Virus record (IMG/VR): IMGVR_UViG_3300047666_001143
Location: 1 to 64,000 of that record
Strand: one strand, 5' to 3'
Length of the DNA: 64,000 bases
DNA from: a virus
Shown piece after piece: positions 1 through 6,686 of this stretch. The translations under genes and the position numbers were made by a program. Below the pieces are notes generated by a model, which saw only the letters and a list, made by a program, of their open reading frames with translations, was not told where the DNA came from and made no database searches. The number at the start of each line of letters is the position of its first letter. The stretch's first letter is position 1.

Positions 1-57
1 AACTGTATTGTGTAACGGATTTAGCGGATATAAATGACAAACTTAAATAAAAATAAA

Positions 58-363
58 ATGAACATAGAAAAAGAGTTGGCGGATTTGAAAGAAAATATAT
101 TAAAAATCACAAGCCTTTACGGGACAACAGGTAACAACCAAAAAAGGGAATTACAATCCTCTTTTAACAAGCTAGAAGCAGCTATTTCTGTTACACGTTG
201 TTGTGATAAGTTGCCGAGTATAGAAAAACTATGGTCTATGGCTGACACTATTGTTGATAGACAGAAAAAGGTGCTTGACGCACCTAACAAAGAAACAATT
301 GATTGGGAGGATTTGACTGAGGATTGGTTTGATTGGTTAGGTGACGAAATAGTAGGCAATTAA
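58..363 (+). CDS. Hypothetical cassette-borne protein (VTRCC motif encoded by the internal GTT site)
   Basis: ORF 34..363; ATG at 58 follows an A-rich Bacteroidota-type leader. Confidence 0.75.
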   Translation: MNIEKELADLKENILKITSLYGTTGNNQKRELQSSFNKLEAAISVTRCCDKLPSIEKLWSMADTIVDRQKKVLDAPNKETIDWEDLTEDWFDWLGDEIVGN

Positions 364-413
364 TTACAACGTATCGCAGATATGCGTAGTTGTGTATTAA
401 AAAACAAAAAATT

Positions 414-620
414 ATGATAACGGAAGAAAAATATTTAGAAGCAAAAAAAATAGTAGAAAACTATAACGAGCAATTACGTATATCTGGTGTTGTACGTAGT
501 AAACGGTTAAAAGAAGAACAAGGCATCAAAGAAAAAGAATGTAGTGATCATTACTATTTACCGAGAGGTAAATGGCAAAGCGGTGTACAGTGCCAAGAAT
601 GTGGTAAAGTAATAGATTAG
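414..620 (+). CDS. Small cassette-borne protein with C-terminal zinc-ribbon-like CxxH...CxxC
   Basis: ORF 390..620, likely ATG at 414; CSDH...CQECG. Confidence 0.75.
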   Translation: MITEEKYLEAKKIVENYNEQLRISGVVRSKRLKEEQGIKEKECSDHYYLPRGKWQSGVQCQECGKVID

Positions 621-623
621 TTT

Positions 624-689
624 ATTACTTACAACTACTGATAAAGAAACTTAAACTGTTCAAAACATTGAAACACAATAATTTAAAAC
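624..689 (+). repeat. 66-bp exact direct repeat, copy 1 (candidate attI-like terminal site)
   Basis: attacttacaactactgataaagaaacttaaactgttcaaaacattgaaacacaataatttaaaac is identical to 18201-18266. Confidence 0.95.
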
Positions 690-832
690 CGTCCATCAAG
701 TGTAGTAGGTGTGATAAAACATTCAATAACGGATCAGAATATAGGACACATTTTTACACACATTTAGATGAGTGGTATAACTCAGAAAATAAAGAAGAGT
801 ATATTAAAAATACAACCAATCAAATAAATTAA
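668..832 (+). CDS. Small C2H2 zinc-finger protein (TTG start, 54 aa; not in the ORF track)
   Basis: Manual translation: LKHNNLKPSIK-CSRC-DKTFNNGSEYRT-HFYTH-LDEW..., which is C-x2-C-x12-H-x3-H. Confidence 0.6.
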   Translation: MKHNNLKPSIKCSRCDKTFNNGSEYRTHFYTHLDEWYNSENKEEYIKNTTNQIN

Positions 833-873
833 CAAAAAATTAAGAAGATATAATTAATAATTTTATATATTTG
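829..873 (+). promoter_or_regulatory. Bacteroidota-type promoter (-7 TATATTTG) with TTAA-N7-TTAA box
   Basis: TTAA at 829 and 840; TAnnTTTG at 866-873. Confidence 0.7.
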
Positions 874-892
874 CATAAAGAAATAATAAATT

Positions 893-2047
893 ATGAATAA
901 AAATATTAGAAAATTAGATATTGAAAAAGTATTATTCTTCGATATCGAAACCGTGAGTGCAAACAAAGAATTAGATAAAGATTCAAGAGAGTATGATTCT
1001 TATGCTTGGTCAATTAGAGATGTACCTACTGGATTCGTCCCTCCTGCAAAAGATGTATTAATACACTATAAAAAGATGGCAGCATTAAAATCACAATTCA
1101 ATAAGATTGTTGTGATCAGTATTGGTTATGTTAAAGGAACTACACTATACTATAAATCTTTAGTTGGAGAACAGAAAGATGTTATTGAAGAATTTTATGG
1201 TATCGTGAATTCAACGGGTTTTAAATTATGCGGCCATAACATTATCGGCTTTGATGTACCTACTGTAAGAATGAAAGCTTTCGAGGAGAATATAGATTTT
1301 AATCTTATACCCGAAAGAATCAATGATGTAGATAAAAAACCCTGGCTAATTACCGAAGAGTTGTTGGATACAATGGTAATGTTAAAAGGTACTGCGTATT
1401 ACAATATATCTTTGGATGATGCATGTAGATTAGCTGGAGTTGAAACTAGCAAAGATGATATTACAGGAGGACAAGTAACAGAAGTTTACTACAACGAAGG
1501 TACTGAAAGAATTGCTAAATATTGTAATAAAGATGTTATTGCATCTGCCAGACTATTTTGTGCTATACAAGGTAAGCGTGGGTTTATAACTGAATGTATT
1601 GATAAGGGAGCTGAGGAGTTAAAAGAAAAAGAACCAATTAACGTGATTGATCACATATTAGCGTCAGGTGAACTTTCTCCAAAAGTTGTTGAAGCTATTG
1701 TAGAATTTACAGAAGAAAATAAATTAAACAAAGAGAATGTTCTTATATTAGTTAAGACGGCTATTTCAAACTCAAAAGAATTTCAGAAAGTTACAGACGA
1801 AGATATATATGAATTGAAAGAAGCTTTAGGTTTAGTTATTGATTATTCTAAAATTCAAGTTGTTGCTGATAAAGGAAATCTTGGTAAAAAAGAAGTTGAT
1901 ACAGTAATTTCTCAATATGTAAAATCAACTAAAAAAGTCAAACTTGAAATTATATCTTTAGTAGAGCAATATTTGACAGAGAACAACAAGATAGGGCAAA
2001 AAAGAGCCAAAGAATCTTTTGAATTTTTAAAAGATAACTTGAAGTAA
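893..2047 (+). CDS. 3'-5' exonuclease (DEDDy, PolB-exo-like) with C-terminal helical extension
   Basis: ExoI FFDIETV, ExoII GHNIIGFD, ExoIII YCNKDV. Confidence 0.8.
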   Translation: MNKNIRKLDIEKVLFFDIETVSANKELDKDSREYDSYAWSIRDVPTGFVPPAKDVLIHYKKMAALKSQFNKIVVISIGYVKGTTLYYKSLVGEQKDVIEEFYGIVNSTGFKLCGHNIIGFDVPTVRMKAFEENIDFNLIPERINDVDKKPWLITEELLDTMVMLKGTAYYNISLDDACRLAGVETSKDDITGGQVTEVYYNEGTERIAKYCNKDVIASARLFCAIQGKRGFITECIDKGAEELKEKEPINVIDHILASGELSPKVVEAIVEFTEENKLNKENVLILVKTAISNSKEFQKVTDEDIYELKEALGLVIDYSKIQVVADKGNLGKKEVDTVISQYVKSTKKVKLEIISLVEQYLTENNKIGQKRAKESFEFLKDNLK

Positions 2048-2051
2048 AATA

Positions 2052-2096
2052 TTAGCATTTCTTTAACAGTATAATTGAATAAAAACACTATCTTTG
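2052..2096 (+). promoter_or_regulatory. Promoter (-7 TATCTTTG) with TTAG-N7-TTAA box
   Basis: Boxes at 2052 and 2063; -7 at 2089-2096. Confidence 0.6.
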
Positions 2097-2120
2097 TAGG
2101 GTAATTATAAAACAATAAAA

Positions 2121-2369
2121 ATGGACAGATTAAAAACGTATGACTTAGTTAACAGTTGCGAAAGTTTATTAGGGTTATCTAATATAATTAAAAGTTTAGC
2201 AGATGAAGATGGAAAGATTCAAGGCAAAACTAGGAAATTTGATGCTGAAAAAATGGCTTTAAGTGCTGAAAATTATAGTAATGTACCTAAGAATACTTTA
2301 ACAAGGGAGTTTGGTATAAGACAACAAGCTATTTACCTGATTTATATAGATAGAACAATTTTTAAATAG
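2121..2369 (+). CDS. Hypothetical protein
   Basis: ORF with A-rich leader downstream of a promoter. Confidence 0.7.
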   Translation: MDRLKTYDLVNSCESLLGLSNIIKSLADEDGKIQGKTRKFDAEKMALSAENYSNVPKNTLTREFGIRQQAIYLIYIDRTIFK

Positions 2370-2387
2370 TATATTAAACTAATAATT

Positions 2388-2594
2388 ATGAAAGTAAAAA
2401 TTAAATTAAAAGACACAACTACACCAGTTTATTATGAGAACGTTGTATCTCATTTTATGGAAGGGCCGACATTAGCATTACTATTTGAAGGCGGGGAAGT
2501 TAGAAATTTTCCTCTGATTCATATTTGGTATTACGAAACAAAACAACCAAGAGAAAAAACTAAAGTACTATCTGAGATTGATGAAGAAGAATAA
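2388..2594 (+). CDS. Hypothetical protein
   Basis: ORF in operon context. Confidence 0.7.
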   Translation: MKVKIKLKDTTTPVYYENVVSHFMEGPTLALLFEGGEVRNFPLIHIWYYETKQPREKTKVLSEIDEEE

Positions 2595-2597
2595 ATT

Positions 2598-2884
2598 AAA
2601 CATTGAAACCTTTGTGAATTAGTAAATTATTACAAAAGGGAGCCACAATAGGGTTAAAAAACGAATAATACCCTTTAATTCACATAAAGATACTAATCCT
2701 GAGTACAGGATGTTGTAAAAACAGGGCTCATTAAATTGAGACAGCTTATTTATAAGTGGTAACTGATAATAATCAATGGAGTAATCCTAGATGTGTTGCA
2801 ACCTTGAGAAAGTTGTCTTATAAGTGGCTTTGAGTGATTGCCAACAACACAAATGTCTCAACATTATCTTTAGGTTCAATGTTT
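2598..2884 (+). ncRNA. Candidate multi-domain structured ncRNA (about 290 nt), family unassigned
   Basis: Nested helices 2598-2611/2872-2884, 2613-2621/2676-2684, 2685-2692/2865-2872, 2736-2743/2854-2861; GNRA loops (GUAA, GAGA); possible pseudoknot 2696-2730. Confidence 0.65.
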
Positions 2885-2965
2885 TTAATAAAAAAGTTTG
2901 CTTATACCCTTTTAAAGCATTATCTTTACGAAAGAAAATGAGGGCTTACATTTAAATTAAATATT

Positions 2966-3151
2966 ATGAAATATATTACTGAAAGAAATGGCGAGGTAAA
3001 AGAATCAAATTATTTAAGGTTGGTCAATGGTGAATCAGAGTTTACTGCTCAAGTAGATAATCAAGGAACTTTGATTATTACAAAAATAAATTTCGATGAT
3101 TCAGCGATAACTATTATGCCAAAGGTCAGTAATCAAATAGGATTAAAATAA
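2966..3151 (+). CDS. Hypothetical protein
   Basis: ORF with A-rich leader. Confidence 0.65.
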   Translation: MKYITERNGEVKESNYLRLVNGESEFTAQVDNQGTLIITKINFDDSAITIMPKVSNQIGLK

Positions 3152-3169
3152 CAATTAAACTAAATAAAA

Positions 3170-3316
3170 ATGGAAAGATTCAAAACTAAAAATGGAGAAA
3201 TGCACACAATTGATTCAACTGGAAATCACTTTATAGGTGCCAAATGTGTAAACCCAACTTGCGTCAGCGGATTGGAAATTGGAGACACTTATCCTGAAGA
3301 AAGCGAGATAGCATAA
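3170..3316 (+). CDS. Small hypothetical protein (48 aa; not in the ORF track)
   Basis: MERFKTKNGEMHTIDSTGNHFIGAKCVNPTCVSGLEIGDTYPEESEIA with A-rich leader. Confidence 0.6.
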   Translation: MERFKTKNGEMHTIDSTGNHFIGAKCVNPTCVSGLEIGDTYPEESEIA

Positions 3317-3321
3317 AGATT

Positions 3322-3546
3322 AAACTTTTTGTTTTCAAGTAATAAAATAATAATATTAACCAACCTATTTGTTTGGAGAGGTATTGCGTGAAGTAGTTGG
3401 AAAAACAATCCCAACATTATTAAACTTTATCAGAAGTTGCGTTTATTTGAAGTATAGTCGATTCCTTGAGTATTTTACATAATCTAATTGTAATCTAAAC
3501 AAGATTAGGTACATTATAATCATAGCTGAGTTGGTACAAAAAGTTT
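3322..3546 (+). ncRNA. Candidate structured ncRNA (about 225 nt) closed by an 11-bp stem
   Basis: aaactttttgt 3322-3332 / acaaaaagttt 3536-3546; internal helix ttcaagtaa/ttatttgaa and several hairpins. Confidence 0.5.
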
Positions 3547-3924
3547 TTAAAAATTAAGGATATGCACGTATACAGTTAGCGACACCTTTCAAATCGGAGG
3601 ACTGTACAAGGGAAATGAAGAGGTTCCCAAAAAGGCAGAGTAGCATTTAAGGAGGTAATTACCTTAATGTGATTGGAGTTATTTGAGGTATTGGAATTCT
3701 GGACATACTATACTAGTTGATTTGTCAAAGCCCAATATTATTCATTAACATAAGTTGGTTCGATTCCTTCCCTGTCACGGAAGTTGTACTCTTTAAGTCA
3801 AGAAGGATAACAGATATTGCACAAGACTTACTGTGATGAATATTGCTGAATCTAGCTCAATAGATTCCATGCCGAGTAGCTATAGTTGAACAATGCGTAA
3901 AGTATAAAGTCTAAGCTCGGAATT

Positions 3925-3997
3925 GTCCTCATAACTCAGTTGGTAGAGTGGTTCCCTCATAAGGAATTGGTCGGGTGTTCGAGTCACTCTGGGGACA
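3925..3997 (+). tRNA. tRNA with CAU anticodon (Ile2/lysidine-type or elongator Met); CCA not encoded
   Basis: Cloverleaf: acceptor GTCCTCA/TGGGGAC, D stem ACTC/GAGT, anticodon stem GTTCC/GGAAT with loop CTCATAA, T arm GGGTG-TTCGAGT-CACTC, discriminator A followed by CAA. Confidence 0.93.
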
Positions 3998-4008
3998 CAA
4001 AATCACGT

Positions 4009-4222
4009 TAACTGGGTAGGTTTGTATTTTACTTACTCCAAGACTGACGTAATGTCGGGAAAGTCAAACAGTTAGTTCGGATTTTTTAGCAGAAGTTTAT
4101 TTAGGTGATGGAACCATTTGTGAGAAAAGAAATTTTCTGAAAATACGGCAAATGTAAAATAGAATCCCAAGTAAGTCCCCGATAGTTCTCACGCAAAGTT
4201 GGTTTTAAGGGGAAAGACTCTC
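4009..4222 (+). ncRNA. Candidate structured RNA(s) downstream of the tRNA
   Basis: Three-way junction closed by taactg/cagtta (about 4009-4074); long stem 4112-4126/4186-4204 with possible tcccc/gggga pseudoknot. Confidence 0.4.
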
Positions 4223-4268
4223 AGAGGTAAATTTAATAGTTAGGCAAACTATTTTTAAATTAATTAAT

Positions 4269-4931
4269 ATGAACAGTCCGACAGAAATCATAACATTACC
4301 AACAAAGGAGTATACAGGTATTGTATCTCATAGTACAGGTATAGATAATCTAATTCATACTAAAGAAAGTGCAGAAAATGCTGTATTAAATATTGGAGGA
4401 GAACATCAAAATGTTTATGCAGTAGTAGAAGAAGATGTAGAACCCTGTTTAGAAGGTGATTGGTGTATTGATTTTGATGAATTTAGTGATAGACCTATTT
4501 TAAATAGAGCTTATCCTAAAGATATTTGTCCTGCTCATGTTAAGCAACATAAAATTATAGGAAGTAATGACCCTAAACTTTATGATAACAGAGAAAATAA
4601 TACACCATTTAGAAGATTAACCTCTAATCCTAAAAAATTACAACAATCATTCTTAAAAGAATTTGTTAAGAATCCTGATGGTGAGTATGTAGTTGATTAT
4701 GAAAGTAAACATGAATACGGTAAATATTTACACGGTAAACCTGGTTATGTTTATGTAACTAAACTCAAACTAAACCAAGACAATGAAGCTAACATCACTT
4801 TAGTAGAAGAGAAGATGTATAGTTTGAAACAGCTTAGACAAGCTATTCTTGATTATGGGTACACTGTTACAGGAGAGGGAGATATTGAAAAAAACTTAGA
4901 TAATTGGATTAAAGAAAATTTAAAACAGTAA
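4269..4931 (+). CDS. Hypothetical phage protein
   Basis: 220-aa ORF. Confidence 0.75.
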   Translation: MNSPTEIITLPTKEYTGIVSHSTGIDNLIHTKESAENAVLNIGGEHQNVYAVVEEDVEPCLEGDWCIDFDEFSDRPILNRAYPKDICPAHVKQHKIIGSNDPKLYDNRENNTPFRRLTSNPKKLQQSFLKEFVKNPDGEYVVDYESKHEYGKYLHGKPGYVYVTKLKLNQDNEANITLVEEKMYSLKQLRQAILDYGYTVTGEGDIEKNLDNWIKENLKQ

Positions 4932-4941
4932 AAATAAAAAT

Positions 4942-5757
4942 ATGAAAAAACAATTAAATTTACCAAGAATATACACTTCAGCAAGTGATAAATTCAAAAA
5001 ACACGATGGTCGTGCCAAATTAAGCTATTCACAACACACCTCTTGGAAAGACATTCAATATAAGAACAGTTATATTTTGGGATATATCTTCAAAATACCT
5101 CAACCCTCTAATTTTTGGGCTGGATTTGGAAGTTTTTGCGGAACTTCTTTAGAGTATAGAATGGATGTACACAAAGCAGAAGGGAAAGATAAAGAGTTAC
5201 TAGACGATGCTTTTGGGTATTTTAATAAAAAAGATATCGAAACTTTGCATAAAGCCAATATACTTTTTCCTACTAATTCAGTTTACGAAAGGGAAATAGT
5301 TCTTGATAGAGGTAGTTATGTAATTCAAGGATTCATTGATGTTAATTTTACAAAAGAAGTTGAAATTGACAAAAAGAAAGTAAAACAAGAGGTAGTAATT
5401 GATGTGAAAACTGGTGGCAAGGATAGTAAAACAAAAGGTACTTCTTTTTATGAGTCAGATAAATATGGTCAAACTAGACTTTACATGAAAGCTCTAGTTG
5501 AAGAAGGAGAAACACCTGGTCATTGTGGTGTTGTTTTTTTAGATAGGATTTATGAAACTGAAAGAACCCATCCTGGAACTACAAGTTGTTTTGAAGAGCC
5601 TATATTACATTTATCAGGGGAGATTATTAAAGTAGAAACACCTTATACAGAAGATAAAGTAAAAGTTCTCTTGAAAGATATGGACAAAACAGCGGAAGAA
5701 ATCTCTTCACTAAAAAGCACTTATGACAAATTATCTACACTCACTATGGAATTTTAA
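4942..5757 (+). CDS. PD-(D/E)XK nuclease (RecB/Cas4-like exonuclease)
   Basis: LSYS N-terminal motif, E...GFID...IDVKTG, Q-x-x-LY. Confidence 0.75.
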   Translation: MKKQLNLPRIYTSASDKFKKHDGRAKLSYSQHTSWKDIQYKNSYILGYIFKIPQPSNFWAGFGSFCGTSLEYRMDVHKAEGKDKELLDDAFGYFNKKDIETLHKANILFPTNSVYEREIVLDRGSYVIQGFIDVNFTKEVEIDKKKVKQEVVIDVKTGGKDSKTKGTSFYESDKYGQTRLYMKALVEEGETPGHCGVVFLDRIYETERTHPGTTSCFEEPILHLSGEIIKVETPYTEDKVKVLLKDMDKTAEEISSLKSTYDKLSTLTMEF

Positions 5758-5766
5758 AAGAAAAAT

Positions 5767-6114
5767 ATGAGCGAGACAGTACATTATAAAGGAACAGCAA
5801 TATTAATTGCAAAAGAAGATAAAGCTGAAATTGAAGCTGAGAAAATATTAAATAATAGAGGTTTTAAAAAGTCAGATTATCATGATACATTTTCAGAGGC
5901 GTTAGGAGATGAATTATATAAAGAATATTTTTATCATAAGAAAACTAAATCTTTATATAGTATAGATTATACAGACCATGATTTAGAAGAAGAAATAATT
6001 GAAGCTAAATATGTTGGTTTTGATAATTCACAAATAGGTTTTGAACTTCGTTATTATAATGGCGGGGCTGGATTTGAAGAGTGTTTACAAGAAGCAATGG
6101 ATAAATTAAAATAA
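5767..6114 (+). CDS. Hypothetical protein
   Basis: ORF in operon. Confidence 0.75.
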   Translation: MSETVHYKGTAILIAKEDKAEIEAEKILNNRGFKKSDYHDTFSEALGDELYKEYFYHKKTKSLYSIDYTDHDLEEEIIEAKYVGFDNSQIGFELRYYNGGAGFEECLQEAMDKLK

Positions 6115-6122
6115 CAAACAAA

Positions 6123-6398
6123 ATGAAAAAATTAAAAACAGCAGTAGTATTAATATTACTAATCACATTAGGTGCTTGTACAAGTAATCAAAGAGCAAAA
6201 AGTTTCGGTGGAACAGCTAAACTAGAAATCCCTTGTGGACAAAAAGTAATCAATATTACTTGGAAAGGAGAGGATTTATGGTATAGTACTATACCTATGG
6301 AAGAGGATTATGTCCCTAAAATCCATAGCTTCAAAGAACAATCTTCTTTTGGTCTTATGGAAGGTAATTATTTATTAATTGAATCTAAATGTAAATAA
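6123..6398 (+). CDS. Putative lipoprotein
   Basis: Basic N-terminus, hydrophobic stretch and lipobox LGAC. Confidence 0.7.
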   Translation: MKKLKTAVVLILLITLGACTSNQRAKSFGGTAKLEIPCGQKVINITWKGEDLWYSTIPMEEDYVPKIHSFKEQSSFGLMEGNYLLIESKCK

Positions 6399-6399
6399 A

Positions 6400-6678
6400 A
6401 TGAATACAACAGAAATGCCAAAGTATCAAAGCCATAAAAAAATATGGGCTTTAAAGATTAAATCTATTGTAAGAGATGGAGAAGGAGAAAACCGTGATTC
6501 AGATGGGACTGCAAGTATAACACCAAAAGAAGTTGGATATGCACCATTTAAGGTAAGTCGTGACTATATGCACAAGCACAAACCACAAGTAGGTGGTTAT
6601 TTTGTGCAATACGAAGGAGGTTATGACTCATTTTCTCCTGCTGATGCTTTTGAAAATGGATATACTTTAATTAAATAA
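6400..6678 (+). CDS. Conserved phage protein of unknown function
   Basis: PKYQSHKKIWALKI...GGYFVQYEGGYDSFSPADAFENGY pattern, common in phage proteins. Confidence 0.75.
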   Translation: MNTTEMPKYQSHKKIWALKIKSIVRDGEGENRDSDGTASITPKEVGYAPFKVSRDYMHKHKPQVGGYFVQYEGGYDSFSPADAFENGYTLIK

Positions 6679-6686
6679 CAAATAAG

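Larger units (their letters stand above)
1..689. mobile_element. Putative integron-like cassette array 1 (two gene units bounded by AAC/GTT-cored inverted repeats, plus a conserved terminal sequence); probably continues upstream of the window
   Basis: Inner arms 1-25/181-202 and 365-393/470-494; outer arms 200-217/353-370 and 489-504/620-635; terminal 66 bp identical to 18201-18266. Confidence 0.6.

Noticed and set aside
1-689. CRISPR array or simple direct-repeat array
   Set aside because: The repeats are inverted, differ in sequence between units and bracket genes; there are no regularly spaced identical repeats and no cas operon
3449-3461. Group I intron S-element-like sequence gaagtatagtcga
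   Set aside because: No convincing matching P7 partner or P3-P4-P6 core, and no interrupted gene
2598-3546. Retron msr-msd or DGR template, suggested by the terminal inverted repeats
   Set aside because: No reverse transcriptase ORF in the window and no TR/VR pair with adenine-specific mismatches
3669-3778. Functional tRNA or tmRNA
   Set aside because: The T stem is mispaired, there are no D or anticodon arms of normal size and no tag reading frame was recognised; kept only as a tRNA-like candidate
4040-4070. Hammerhead ribozyme (ctgacg...gaaa)
   Set aside because: The core deviates from CUGAnGA and the helices do not fit the three-stem arrangement
4942-5757. cas4 as evidence of a CRISPR-Cas system
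   Set aside because: It lacks the four-Cys Fe-S cluster pattern and has no cas neighbours; it is a generic phage PD-(D/E)XK nuclease
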